DNA of 64,000 bases from Candidatus Nanoarchaeia archaeon (GTDB lineage Archaea; Nanobdellota; Nanobdellia; Woesearchaeales; JACPBV01): positions 5,012-69,011 of the forward strand of contig JANQNH010000008.1 in NCBI GenBank assembly GCA_028279655.1, in the 5' to 3' direction. The notes below the pieces were generated by a model. The model was not told the origin of the DNA and ran no database searches. It saw only the letters and a list, made by a program, of their open reading frames with translations. Every line of letters starts with the position of its first letter. The stretch's first letter is position 1. Below, in pieces: positions 36,202-46,468 of this stretch. The translations under genes were made by a program, and so were the position numbers.

Positions 36202-38061
36202 GTGAATGGTGTGTGTTTCAAAAAAATATCAACTCTACTGATGTTTACACTTTTTCTTAGCGGATGCAATCTTCTATCAATAGGACTATGGGATGATTAC
36301 TTGATTGAAGATGACTTCATGATTGAATCTCAGGCCTTCCAGAAGCCTTTTCATGATAATCCTTCTTGTGATTATACCGCTGGAACTACAAGCTCATGGG
36401 ATTGTGATGATGGCACTTGGGCAACAAGAGGGATCTGCAATAATCTTGGATGTAGTGAGGCAGAGATCAAAGGAAATGATCTTATACTCCAAGGATCTAG
36501 TTCAGGCGGTGATGCCACTGCAACATACAAGGCCAATCTAAAGAACAAGGACATTAAGTTTAGAGTAGAGCTTCAATCCAATGGGGGTGGTGTTAATTTT
36601 GGATCCCACAATGTCCTAAGTGGCAATAGTGGATTCCATCTTATTGAATTGATCAAGGATGTTGTTGATGAGGATAAGTTCCTGGTTCTTGATAATGGTG
36701 AGGCTGTCAAAGAGATTATAGTATCTGATTCTGAGGCAAATCTTGAGTTTTACTGCAATAAGAAGGATGGCGGATATGGTGGGCCATCTGGATATATCAA
36801 GGTGGACTGGATCAAGTCAAAGCCTTATTTCTCTTGTGAAGTCAGCAATAATGAGGTTGTGATCTCTGACTTCTTTGGTGAAGGATCAACCTATGACATC
36901 CATGATCTTACCTATGAGGCCACTAAGTTCTGCCCAGTTGATTATCCGGCTGTTGTGAGGGATTATAGTGAAATTGGAATCAAGTCAGATGTCAGAGGAT
37001 CCATTATTGAGGGATTGACTAAGGGCAAGTCATTCACCGTTCCAAGTATGCAGAGCCATGAGATCAGGTATATCACAACATACAAGGATGATATGGGGGT
37101 TAGGTGTGAGATCAATGAAGTCTATGATACTCAACTAAAGGAATGTGTCTCTAAGATTTTTGAACAGGATTATATTATCCAGATGGCCACAAGCTGTGAT
37201 CAAGTTACATGCAATGAGGAATATTCTGAGTATTGCGAGATGAGAGATGATGTTCCTGTCTGTGTCAGGCCCTACAAGGTTGTTGAGAAAGTCAGGGATA
37301 AGATCATCATTAAAGTTGGGAGTGATCAGCATTCTTTTGAGAATGAGGCTGTCATTGGGAACAAACAGATAACAACTTCTATTCCTGAGTTTACATGCAA
37401 TCCTGGTGGAGAGGATCATAATGCACCTTTTCCTGATAAGGATTGCTGGAATGTTGATGTCAACTATGATGGAGAAAGCTATGAGATGAAGGAAGGTGAT
37501 AAGGTTGATCTCAATGATTATCTAAACCTGGAATTGAAATCCATCACAGCCCACTATGAGTATGATCTTGGGAAGGTTGATTCTTATTCAAATCTTATGA
37601 TCCTAACAATAGATTTTGATGGCGTTACCTCAAAGATAATTGATTCAAATTATTATGTTGTAAAGGATAGTTCCAGAGAGATGTGCTTTGATATTGAGAA
37701 TAAACTTGGTGTTGATTTCTCCAAGGATCAATCAGGTTATTCTATATTGCAGACTGTGGATCTTCAAAATATCCAGAAACCCAGGGAAATTAGAGAGAAG
37801 GACATTCCTGGTGGGAAAACCCAGTTTTGTATTCCCATAGACACTGAGATCTATGGCATATCTTTTTTTGAGATCAATCCATACTTTAAGATAGATGATG
37901 AATTATTCTTTGATGATGAAGAAATTGTGTATAATTATGAGGTTGTTGATGAGATTCCAGGGGGCTATATTGATATTATTGACACACCAGTTGATCAGAA
38001 AAGTTGTTCCGGCTGGAACTTCTTTTGTAGGATCTATTACTGGATCAAGAACCTATTTTGA
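36202..38061 (+). CDS. Large acidic lipoprotein
   Basis: Lipobox FLSGC; C-terminal amphipathic NFFCRIYYWIKNLF. Confidence 0.8.
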   Translation: MNGVCFKKISTLLMFTLFLSGCNLLSIGLWDDYLIEDDFMIESQAFQKPFHDNPSCDYTAGTTSSWDCDDGTWATRGICNNLGCSEAEIKGNDLILQGSSSGGDATATYKANLKNKDIKFRVELQSNGGGVNFGSHNVLSGNSGFHLIELIKDVVDEDKFLVLDNGEAVKEIIVSDSEANLEFYCNKKDGGYGGPSGYIKVDWIKSKPYFSCEVSNNEVVISDFFGEGSTYDIHDLTYEATKFCPVDYPAVVRDYSEIGIKSDVRGSIIEGLTKGKSFTVPSMQSHEIRYITTYKDDMGVRCEINEVYDTQLKECVSKIFEQDYIIQMATSCDQVTCNEEYSEYCEMRDDVPVCVRPYKVVEKVRDKIIIKVGSDQHSFENEAVIGNKQITTSIPEFTCNPGGEDHNAPFPDKDCWNVDVNYDGESYEMKEGDKVDLNDYLNLELKSITAHYEYDLGKVDSYSNLMILTIDFDGVTSKIIDSNYYVVKDSSREMCFDIENKLGVDFSKDQSGYSILQTVDLQNIQKPREIREKDIPGGKTQFCIPIDTEIYGISFFEINPYFKIDDELFFDDEEIVYNYEVVDEIPGGYIDIIDTPVDQKSCSGWNFFCRIYYWIKNLF

Positions 38062-38070
38062 GGTGAACAG

Positions 38071-40929
38071 ATGAATTGCATAAACAAGGGGATTATATCA
38101 CTGTTTTTCTTGATAGGTATGTGTAGCTTAGTTTATGCTGTTGATTTTTCTGACAATATCTATGATTATTATAACTTTGGTTCTGGAAAATATGGATATG
38201 ATGGTCTGAATGCCACTGATGTTGGGCCTGATGGAACTGTTGCAGTTCTTGACAATAGCATATCAACAACCGGATGGGAGAATCCTTATGCTGGATCCGT
38301 TTTTTATTCTGATATTATTGGTTATGGCAATTCCCCTCTTTCTATAACTGATGGCCAATCTGAGGGGGCCTTTAATTCTCCATTATTGAATAATGGAAGT
38401 TTTACTGGAATTATAAGAATGAGCCTATACTGTAACTCTACAAACGGACTGGCAATAAGAATAATCGAACCCAGGACTGGATCTTATCTGTATAGAATGA
38501 CGTTGGCTGGGGATATAGATGCAGAAGGATATGAATCCGATAATAGCACTTGGTTTGATGAAACTATTGGTCAAATCCCCATTTCTGATTGGTTCAATTT
38601 ATCCATAGAATTTAATGGAACTGGACCTAGTGGAATGGGTGATGTTAAATATTGTATTAATGACACACCACAAAGAATTATAACTAATGGCTATGGGGCC
38701 ATGCAGAAGATTCAGTTTGCTTTTGAAGTTGCCTCTGGATGTAAGATTGATAACTTTATGATCACTAAAAATGGGCTTGTTTTAGCTGATGAAGGTGGCG
38801 GTGAACCTGACACAACACCCCCAACATCCTCAAATTTCCAGAACAACGCCTCAACAGTCAGCAAATATGGGGATGTTGTTAATTGGAGTATAGATCTTGC
38901 TGATGAAACTGGATTAAGCGGATATATCTTTGCCCACAATCAAACTGGGACATTAACGAATGGTAGTTTTACCGAAATATCTGGAAGCCCAGCAACAGCA
39001 TCCGAGGATGAATCTTCAACAATAACAATGGCTAAGGATAACTATATCTGTGGACAGTATTGGTTTAATGACACTTCTGGAAATGTCAATCAAACAGATT
39101 TCAGTTGCTTCACAATAGCTAATTCTGTACCTACACAACCAGTAGTGAGTTATCCCTCAGATTCAACAGTATATTCAATAATAAATTATCTCAACTATAC
39201 CGGCACAGATGGTGATGGGGATTCCCTCACTTATGATATTTACATCAATGGAACTATCAATATCAGTGGGATTGGGACTAATGTTTCAAGCTGGAATGCC
39301 TCAGATGGATATTATAACATGACAGTCACCGCTACTGATGGAACCGACACATCAAGTCATAGCTCTGTTATTGCATTCAGGCTTGACAGTACAGTTCCAT
39401 TGATCTCATGGAACCTTCCTTCTGGAAATATAGGCGGTTCTTTTAGCAACTATACGTTTGATGTTGATGTTGTTGATACTTATCTGGATTGTGTGGGCCT
39501 TTATATCAACTGGACTGGAAATTCAACTGAGGCTTTCAGGAATGTCACTTGTGGTGTATCTTCTCCATACAAGGTTGTTGATAACTTTAATTTCAGCCAA
39601 TATGGTGAGGGGAACTTCTCTGTTGAGATATGCGCTAATGATACGGCAACAGCATCACCGCCTATTCCTAATTACAACGCTTCAATAGACAATGACAAGA
39701 AGGAAATGAGCTTCATAGACACCGAGTTCAAAGATCAAACTACAATGAAGATGGAAATCATAGGCCAGGATTTTAATGCAAAGGATGTTGGCCTTAGTCT
39801 CTACTCAAAGCATGATGGGGAACATCTTGAGTATGGGGCATATATTGATGAGATGAATGAGGGGGATAAGGTTAAAACAACTTACTATCCAGGGAATTTA
39901 GGCTTCACTATGAGAAATACTGATTTGCCCTGTCACTTTACTTATGGGAATAAGTATCACCACCATAAGGATCTTATCGAGGATGGCTGGACTATTGATT
40001 CATGTGAATTGAAGAAGGATGGAACTATTGAAGTTATCTCTCACAATGAGGATTATTCTAAGGCTTCCAAAGACAAGAATGGGAAGATTATCTATGATCC
40101 TATGAGTGGGCAGATCAACAGCAAGTGTGAAGTCAGATATATGTATAGGGATGTTACAGATCCAGTGATCGCAAACTTATCTTTATCTTCCTATACAATA
40201 GATCTTGGCAGTACAGTCACCATATACGCTGATGCTGGGGATGATCACAGTGTTGCTGGTGTTTATGTCAATGTCACATCACCATCATCTGATATTCAAA
40301 GGTTTAGTATGAATAAGGGAACAGGATCCCAGTATTCAAAATTATATGCACCTTCCACTGCTGGGACATATTCTTTTGGCTTTGATGTCACTGATAATGC
40401 TGGGAATGTTGCCTCAAATCAATCAACAGGCTTTTCTCTTGTTGTTTCCACATCCAGTGGAAGTTCCCCAAGCGCCTCAACAAGCAGTTCTTATGGAACA
40501 ACTTATATAATCAGTGATGGTGGTGACTGCAACATTCAGAAGGTTAAACCTTCAACTGGCAAGATCTGGCTCATGAAAGACACATCTGTTGAGATAGTGT
40601 TAAAAAATACTGACACAACTATTGACACTTTTTCATTCACCTTGATTGGGGACACTGACTGTGAGATTCAGCATAATTCAGCATCCCTTAATGGAGAATC
40701 AACCTTTACCAATTCCTTAAAGTGTACTGTTGGGGAAGATAGAAAAGAAGGAACGCTTATTGTTGAATCCTCTCAATGTGATACTTCTTTTAGCATTGTT
40801 ACAGATAACTCATTCATTGGTGGGTTATTGAGTAGGGTTGATAAGAATGTGGCTGTTGTGGGTGGGGTGTTCCTCTTTGTTGTTATAATCCTTACTATAT
40901 TTATCCTGTTCGGTGCGTTCAGTTCTTAG
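38071..40929 (+). CDS. Large surface glycoprotein with Ig-like domains and C-terminal TM (adhesin/spike candidate)
   Basis: Signal peptide, DTTPP/DSTVP/DVTDP linkers, ATDG/VTDNAGN Ig-like ends, many N-x-S/T sequons, Ser-rich linker, TM. Confidence 0.85.
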   Translation: MNCINKGIISLFFLIGMCSLVYAVDFSDNIYDYYNFGSGKYGYDGLNATDVGPDGTVAVLDNSISTTGWENPYAGSVFYSDIIGYGNSPLSITDGQSEGAFNSPLLNNGSFTGIIRMSLYCNSTNGLAIRIIEPRTGSYLYRMTLAGDIDAEGYESDNSTWFDETIGQIPISDWFNLSIEFNGTGPSGMGDVKYCINDTPQRIITNGYGAMQKIQFAFEVASGCKIDNFMITKNGLVLADEGGGEPDTTPPTSSNFQNNASTVSKYGDVVNWSIDLADETGLSGYIFAHNQTGTLTNGSFTEISGSPATASEDESSTITMAKDNYICGQYWFNDTSGNVNQTDFSCFTIANSVPTQPVVSYPSDSTVYSIINYLNYTGTDGDGDSLTYDIYINGTINISGIGTNVSSWNASDGYYNMTVTATDGTDTSSHSSVIAFRLDSTVPLISWNLPSGNIGGSFSNYTFDVDVVDTYLDCVGLYINWTGNSTEAFRNVTCGVSSPYKVVDNFNFSQYGEGNFSVEICANDTATASPPIPNYNASIDNDKKEMSFIDTEFKDQTTMKMEIIGQDFNAKDVGLSLYSKHDGEHLEYGAYIDEMNEGDKVKTTYYPGNLGFTMRNTDLPCHFTYGNKYHHHKDLIEDGWTIDSCELKKDGTIEVISHNEDYSKASKDKNGKIIYDPMSGQINSKCEVRYMYRDVTDPVIANLSLSSYTIDLGSTVTIYADAGDDHSVAGVYVNVTSPSSDIQRFSMNKGTGSQYSKLYAPSTAGTYSFGFDVTDNAGNVASNQSTGFSLVVSTSSGSSPSASTSSSYGTTYIISDGGDCNIQKVKPSTGKIWLMKDTSVEIVLKNTDTTIDTFSFTLIGDTDCEIQHNSASLNGESTFTNSLKCTVGEDRKEGTLIVESSQCDTSFSIVTDNSFIGGLLSRVDKNVAVVGGVFLFVVIILTIFILFGAFSS

Positions 40930-40984
40930 GGCTTTGGGGAGTTTGGTTTCCCCCTTTCCAGAATTCCCAAAAGCCATTCTTTTT
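40930..40984 (+). terminator. Hairpin between convergent operons
   Basis: GGCTTT.GGGAGTT.GG ... CCAGAATTCCCAAAAGCC then T-run. Confidence 0.55.
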
Positions 40985-41078
40985 GAGTATGTTATCATGG
41001 AACCTAATGTGATGGATTTTTGAATAAAGGGGAAGTAGGCTTTAGTTATACTTTATTTAAATAGGGGGCCTATCCAAG

Positions 41079-41423
41079 TTATACTTTTTCAAGAAGTTTC
41101 TTCCTTTCTTCCTTCTTCTTGGCCTCATATTTTTGTAGCTTCTTGATCTTTATAGACGATAAGAAAAAATCAAGGATCCTTGGATCCAGGTCAGGTATAA
41201 CTTTCTCTATGTTCTCAGCCTGTTTTTTGGCTAGTTTTATACTAAACTTGATAACTGATGGTATTGCCCCTCTAACCTTGGATATATCGCTTATTCCTAT
41301 GCTTCTACCAATCTCAGCTATATCCTTTAAATATTCATCATTCAAATCTATTGGGTACTTCATTATCATCCCCCTTCTAGTACAAATATAACGGATATTA
41401 TTAAGATTATGCAATAGATCCAC
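41079..41423 (-). CDS. Small basic hypothetical protein (possible RHH-like regulator)
   Basis: KYPIDLNDEYLKDI.EI...GI......PSVIKFSI pattern; own TATA-like site. Confidence 0.55.
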   Translation of the reverse strand: MDLLHNLNNIRYICTRRGMIMKYPIDLNDEYLKDIAEIGRSIGISDISKVRGAIPSVIKFSIKLAKKQAENIEKVIPDLDPRILDFFLSSIKIKKLQKYEAKKKEERKKLLEKV

Positions 41424-41488
41424 CAGTATATAAGGAAGTTGGCCAGTATTCCGGCAATTAGATCACCTATCTTCTTAATCATTATACA

Positions 41489-42220
41489 TCATTCCTCTGG
41501 AACCTTCATGAAGCACATCCAGTGCGTTTTCCCCTTCTTGTCAGATGTATGGCCAAAAAGCGGCTTAGTTTTGAATATGCTTAATATTGTTGATACTGAG
41601 ATCGAACCCTCGGACCACTTGAAAATCAATATACCAAAAGACTTCAATACCCTCATGCACTCATCAAACCCTTGTTTGATATCCAATGGCCATTGATCAG
41701 GATCTAATGTTCCATACTTATTATTTAACCAAGAGAACTTCCCATCCCTACTAAATAGGTGGGGTGGATCATATACAACTAAGTAGAAGCTCTCGTTAGG
41801 ATATTGGAGTTTCCTGAAATCTTGGACTATATCAGGATCCACATCAGACTTCATATCTGAGAAAATAACATGGGGATTCTCCTTATTAAACCAAAACATC
41901 TTATGACCACAACATACATCTAGGATATACTTTCCCCCTGGTACATTGGCCATTGTGGCCACATTTGACCTTGCCAAGGAATCATCTGACATTCTTAGAT
42001 CTTGATTAGACAGTCCCTTGGATCCAAGGGACTGTCCTTCCTGCAGGTAGGACTGTGCTTTCTTATTCCATCTTCCATCTAAGCAATTATCTTTACAGAT
42101 CCAAGTCATAGATCCTGGTTTATCTGATTCTCTAACTGGTTTGAGGAATTTCTCAAGCCTTTTCTTCCTGCACTTGGTACATTTGTGTCTTTTCATTCTC
42201 TGTGAAACTCCTGGGGGCAT
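41489..42220 (-). CDS. Phage-type amino (N6-A/N4-C) DNA methyltransferase with N-terminal Cys motif
   Basis: ILDVCCGHKMFWF, VVYDPPH, GFDECMRVLK..GILIFKWSE, PLFG, THWMCFMK; N-terminal CTKC..CKDNC. Confidence 0.88.
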   Translation of the reverse strand: MPPGVSQRMKRHKCTKCRKKRLEKFLKPVRESDKPGSMTWICKDNCLDGRWNKKAQSYLQEGQSLGSKGLSNQDLRMSDDSLARSNVATMANVPGGKYILDVCCGHKMFWFNKENPHVIFSDMKSDVDPDIVQDFRKLQYPNESFYLVVYDPPHLFSRDGKFSWLNNKYGTLDPDQWPLDIKQGFDECMRVLKSFGILIFKWSEGSISVSTILSIFKTKPLFGHTSDKKGKTHWMCFMKVPEE

Positions 42221-43413
42221 TCATAAGGGATGAACTTGAAGGTGTTCTTAAACTCATTCTGGAAGGCAAATTCCCTGATGTTCTTGTATCTGTTGAATTT
42301 AAGAGATCTCACCATGTTCATAACATACTCCCCTGAACATCTCTTGACCTCTGCTAGATCATAACCTCTCATCTCTCCAAAGATCTTCTCATTGCTGATG
42401 TCAACTATGGTTCTGTTGAGATTAGATATAGATGGGCTGTTGACATACTGGGCTATCTTCAACTTCCTTGCTCTAAGGAATGAGTTCACCATCTCACTTG
42501 AGACATACTCAATCTTCTTCTTCTCCTCACTGTCTATGGTTTGCCTTGGCATGATCCTATCCCCTTCTTCATAGAACAATGCTGGGGCCACATCATCAGG
42601 ATATTTCTTCCTGAACTTAATCACTTCCTTTTGGATCTTGCTGATCTCTACCCTGGCAAGATCAACAAAGCCATTGAAGTTTAGGAATAGGTTCTTGTTC
42701 TGTTTCAGTAGCTTAATGTAGAGGGGAACTCTCTCATCAGTCAAAGCAAATAGGTTCTTCTCAATTATGCTATAGAGATACTTCAACAAGCTCTGTTTTG
42801 TCTGTGATGGTATTGTGTCATGCTTATCATAGGGCCTCTTATATTCTTCACTATGCCTGTATGCTAAAATGCTTTCTCTGTCATTGGTTGGGAATCCTTT
42901 GATAAAATCATACAGATCTGCAAGATCATCAAAGGGACCATAGTGTTTTAGGTTCTGCTTCAAGATCATACTTGCACCCACTGGAAAACCTAATCCTCTT
43001 AGTTCATCACTGCTGTAGTTGTTTATGTTTGGAACAACCTTTGTTTCATACTTCTCAACATCTTCTGGATCTATTGATGGTGAAGGGTATGAGAAGAATA
43101 AGGCATTTGTAACAGGCCTTGGTGGTGTGTATGGTGGTAGGTTAATAGGATCCTTGTTTGCATAATAGCTGAACTTATGATCTTCCCCTTCCCAATCAAA
43201 CATAATACAAGGCCTGACCTGAGCTATGAACCAATTCAATAATCTAAAGATTACACTCTTGCCTCTGCCAGTCATTGCACCCATCACTAAGGAATCTGAG
43301 ATCCTTGGTAAGATCTTGAATATTGTTGATTCTTTTTCAGGCGCAATTCCCAATGGGATTTGCTTCTTTGATATCCAATAGTTCTTTACTTCCTTTTGCT
43401 CGAATAGTCTCAT
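42193..43413 (-). CDS. FtsK/HerA-superfamily P-loop ATPase (packaging/extrusion or VirB4-like)
   Basis: Walker A GAMTGRGKS, IMFDWEGE, Walker B LFYEEGD, Arg finger-like RARKLKI; start reassigned to ATG 43413. Confidence 0.8.
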   Translation of the reverse strand: MRLFEQKEVKNYWISKKQIPLGIAPEKESTIFKILPRISDSLVMGAMTGRGKSVIFRLLNWFIAQVRPCIMFDWEGEDHKFSYYANKDPINLPPYTPPRPVTNALFFSYPSPSIDPEDVEKYETKVVPNINNYSSDELRGLGFPVGASMILKQNLKHYGPFDDLADLYDFIKGFPTNDRESILAYRHSEEYKRPYDKHDTIPSQTKQSLLKYLYSIIEKNLFALTDERVPLYIKLLKQNKNLFLNFNGFVDLARVEISKIQKEVIKFRKKYPDDVAPALFYEEGDRIMPRQTIDSEEKKKIEYVSSEMVNSFLRARKLKIAQYVNSPSISNLNRTIVDISNEKIFGEMRGYDLAEVKRCSGEYVMNMVRSLKFNRYKNIREFAFQNEFKNTFKFIPYECPQEFHRE

Positions 43414-43415
43414 CT

Positions 43416-43547
43416 TCAACTCTGAGTATATCCAAAGATCCACATTAATATAGAATCAATAAACATTGTCCAAAATCCAGCTTTCCATTCCCACCATATC
43501 GCATCTGCAACTAAACAGAAAAATCCATATCCTAATGTTATTATCAC
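43416..43547 (-). CDS. 43-aa hydrophobic microprotein (not in ORF track)
   Basis: GTG after SD GAGGTGA; MIITLGYGFFCLVADAIWWEWKAGFWTMFIDSILMWIFGYTQS; stop 2 nt before ATPase ATG. Confidence 0.65.
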   Translation of the reverse strand: MIITLGYGFFCLVADAIWWEWKAGFWTMFIDSILMWIFGYTQS

Positions 43548-43559
43548 TTTCGCATCACC

Positions 43560-43901
43560 TCATCTCAACAATTCCCCCAGCCTTTTTTTTGAAATTACCC
43601 TATCGTTCAAAGATACTTGCCATTTGTATTGGGTGGCCTTTTTCTTGATTCCTCCATCTTCATCTATTATGTTTTTTAGCACATAGATCATTGGCATTGG
43701 TATCTGGATCATGAATGTCTCATCAACTTTCTTTAAGTTCTTAGGATCCTTGATCTGGATCATCATATATAGGATCCTTCTTCCCCTAATATCATAATTG
43801 ATGAACGCCTTCCCTACTGGAACTTGATCTTCAAACACATTTAGGCTTGATAATCTAACCTTCTTTTTTGGCTTGATCCTATCTTCATTTATTGGTATCA
43901 T
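43560..43901 (-). CDS. Hypothetical protein
   Basis: 113-aa ORF in leftward operon. Confidence 0.65.
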   Translation of the reverse strand: MIPINEDRIKPKKKVRLSSLNVFEDQVPVGKAFINYDIRGRRILYMMIQIKDPKNLKKVDETFMIQIPMPMIYVLKNIIDEDGGIKKKATQYKWQVSLNDRVISKKRLGELLR

Positions 43902-44008
43902 CTGCTGTTTTTTCCATGATTTTTTGCTAAAATTGGGTGACCGTTGGGACTTCGGAACGGCCCGGAAGTTCCTTCCTTATTATTATCATAATATAATAAA
44001 TATATACC

Positions 44009-44416
44009 TTACCCCCCCTCGGTGCTTTTTGCCTGGCTATTTCCGGCTTCTCCTGACTTATCTTTTTTCTTTTGAGACATTTCTTTCAACCTGGCAATAG
44101 GATCCTTGGACTGTTGCGCTAGAACCATCTCAATCTTTCCTAGCTCAAGCATGAGCTTCTCAAGGTTATTTTCCAGATCCCTTAAACTGTTGCTATGAGC
44201 TATAATGTAGTTGCTCCCAATGTTATGATGAAGAATCCACAGTTCCCTTTTTGCGAAGTCATGCCAGAGCTTAGCAAAGTCTGATCTGTTGATGGTCTTG
44301 TGTTCTTCCTTGCCCTTGTCAATGTAGTGGACATGTATCTTGAAGTCTTGGCTAGTTATCAATCTATTCCTTAGCTGGATGATGTTCTGCTTGATGTCTT
44401 TGATTACTTCACTCAT
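44009..44416 (-). CDS. Hypothetical protein with coiled coil
   Basis: 135-aa ORF, tight spacing. Confidence 0.7.
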   Translation of the reverse strand: MSEVIKDIKQNIIQLRNRLITSQDFKIHVHYIDKGKEEHKTINRSDFAKLWHDFAKRELWILHHNIGSNYIIAHSNSLRDLENNLEKLMLELGKIEMVLAQQSKDPIARLKEMSQKKKDKSGEAGNSQAKSTEGG

Positions 44417-44418
44417 TG

Positions 44419-45006
44419 TTATCCCTTTCCGGATGTTGCCTTGACAAAAGGCCTTGCATCCTTATAATATTGTATGAATTGATCTAGTGCTTTCTTTCCA
44501 GCATCACCAAGGTTCATTCTCAATTCTTCAAGCTCTATCAACATCTCACTATTTCTGCTTTGCAACTCCTGGCTCTTTGTTACCTCTCTGCAATACAGCT
44601 TGTGCATTGATAGTTCCAGCCTGTCAATTCCGTTGATCAGTAGGGGATAACCCTTCTTGTTCATGAATGATATGAAGTTTCCCTTCTTGACTTTGACATC
44701 AACCTTCCCAAACGGCACTTTTCTCATTGCCTGATATACCCCTGAAATTCCTGTTGGTGTCAACAATCTTTTATCTCTTGCACCGCCTGATCCTAAGTGA
44801 TGCTTTAACTTGAATACCTCAACCTTCTTGTCAGGGTTATCGAAGTTAATCATCATTGAACCAGTCTTGTTCTTGATGCCTATGTAAATTATAAAGACAA
44901 AACCACCAATGGACAGGCCTATAAAGAAAGCAAAGAACATTCCAAAGCCCAACATTCCTGTTGTTATTGGCATTTTAATCAGCCCCCCTCCTGATTTCAA
45001 TAACAA
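44419..45006 (-). CDS. Single-TM protein with C-terminal coiled coil
   Basis: N-terminal TM, heptad region; true start probably MPITTG. Confidence 0.7.
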   Translation of the reverse strand: MLLKSGGGLIKMPITTGMLGFGMFFAFFIGLSIGGFVFIIYIGIKNKTGSMMINFDNPDKKVEVFKLKHHLGSGGARDKRLLTPTGISGVYQAMRKVPFGKVDVKVKKGNFISFMNKKGYPLLINGIDRLELSMHKLYCREVTKSQELQSRNSEMLIELEELRMNLGDAGKKALDQFIQYYKDARPFVKATSGKG

Positions 45007-45835
45007 ACATAAAGATCATTAATGCTATCAGCATGGGTGTCTCTATCCATAGCACTATTGTCTTGATAACGCTGGTTATCCTCATTGTTTCATACTTCTC
45101 CTCAAGATCTTCATGGACCTTTAGATCTACAGTAAGGCTTTTGTTAACCATCTTCTCCTTTTCTGTAAGGCATTTGGTTAATAATATATTGCATTCTGTG
45201 GTTGATGTTGACACATCCCCAAGCTTGTTGCTCCAAGTCTCAAAAGAGGTTGAGTAGAATCCCCATCTCTGATCATCATCCATAAGCCTTGGAAGGTAAT
45301 CTCTGCATTTCTCATAAGCCCAGGAAACATTGAGATTTTCTTCCTCAAATCCTGGACACTTTAGGCTTATTGGAAACATGTATGAGAAATCATCAAGGTC
45401 AATAGGAAACTCCTCTGCTTCATCACCTACTTCAATCTTGATGTAGCTTCTGTTTTCTTTTTTGAATCTGTTGATCCAGACATCTACTTCCCTTGTCTCG
45501 TTATCAAGGCATTCTTTTTTGTCATATCTGCATGTAATATCAAGATCACATGAATCAGTTTCTAGATCATAGCTGTCACCAGCATCAAGATCTTTTTCAA
45601 TTACACATTTGCTGGTGGTTGCATTGCCACATCCAGAACAGTTGACATCATAATAACAAAAGCTGATATTTCCTGTCTTTGTTTCTGACGGAACCAAGCT
45701 TATGTTTAAATCTACCCTTGAACAATTTGTGTGGTTGTCTGATCTTACAGATGGAGCCAGGATCAAGAGGAATAGAATAATAATTGCAACTAGAAGGCCT
45801 GTTATTGTAAGATCCTTTATTAAGTCTTGTTTCAT
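44975..45835 (-). CDS. Cys-containing membrane glycoprotein with N- and C-terminal TM and pre-TM coiled coil
   Basis: Signal/TM, N-x-S/T sequons, about 12 Cys, helical region before the C-terminal TM. Confidence 0.75.
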   Translation of the reverse strand: MKQDLIKDLTITGLLVAIIILFLLILAPSVRSDNHTNCSRVDLNISLVPSETKTGNISFCYYDVNCSGCGNATTSKCVIEKDLDAGDSYDLETDSCDLDITCRYDKKECLDNETREVDVWINRFKKENRSYIKIEVGDEAEEFPIDLDDFSYMFPISLKCPGFEEENLNVSWAYEKCRDYLPRLMDDDQRWGFYSTSFETWSNKLGDVSTSTTECNILLTKCLTEKEKMVNKSLTVDLKVHEDLEEKYETMRITSVIKTIVLWIETPMLIALMIFMFVIEIRRGAD

Positions 45836-46038
45836 CCTGACAGCCCCTTCCAGTGTGCTGTGGAAAATTCCATCCCTTTCTCATATAGGCATCTGAAATG
45901 GACACCAGGCCTGAAAGGTATCTTGAAGATCTCTCCTCTCCTCAATTCTTTTCTTGTTATCTTATCCTTGCATATTGAACATCTCATTTTTATCATCCCC
46001 CATTGAATAACAAACTTGCAAAGCTTATTCCCAGCCAA
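45832..46038 (-). CDS. Small Zn-finger-like protein
   Basis: CSIC...HFRC; true start probably at MIKMR. Confidence 0.55.
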   Translation of the reverse strand: MAGNKLCKFVIQWGMIKMRCSICKDKITRKELRRGEIFKIPFRPGVHFRCLYEKGMEFSTAHWKGLSG

Positions 46039-46181
46039 ATAATAAACATAAGCACTACCGTCAGGAAATACGTCAACACTATACCTGGTGTTCCAGTGTC
46101 GGTGTAGCTAACTATCATCAAGCAAACGAAGTGGATAACTAAAGCAATTACAGGAGCTATGAGGAACCAGTAGGTGAACAT
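45993..46181 (-). CDS. Small membrane protein (2 TM)
   Basis: 62 aa hydrophobic; TAATG overlap with upstream gene. Confidence 0.65.
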   Translation of the reverse strand: MFTYWFLIAPVIALVIHFVCLMIVSYTDTGTPGIVLTYFLTVVLMFIIWLGISFASLLFNGG

Positions 46182-46468
46182 TATTTCTTCTCCTCATACC
46201 AGTAGTATGATCCTTTTCTGTGAATGTTTGTGGATCTTCGGTTCCTTGCTGATGTCAGTAGATTATAAACTGATGATTTCTGGAATGGGTGTTCTGTTGG
46301 CTTTAGGTTGTTATTCAATTCATCAACAATTTCAGTTGATGTGAATACGTTCTTCTTATTTTCCTTGAGGAACAAGGCAATTTTCTCAAAGGATCCCCTC
46401 CTTGTTGAGAAGCATTCTTCCTCAGCAAGGTCTTTTAATCTTACAACTTCAATTGGCATTTTTATCAT
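46181..46468 (-). CDS. Winged-HTH DNA-binding protein
   Basis: IALFLKEN...FTSTEI.......SSVYNLL......IHRKGSYYW. Confidence 0.7.
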   Translation of the reverse strand: MIKMPIEVVRLKDLAEEECFSTRRGSFEKIALFLKENKKNVFTSTEIVDELNNNLKPTEHPFQKSSVYNLLTSARNRRSTNIHRKGSYYWYEEKK

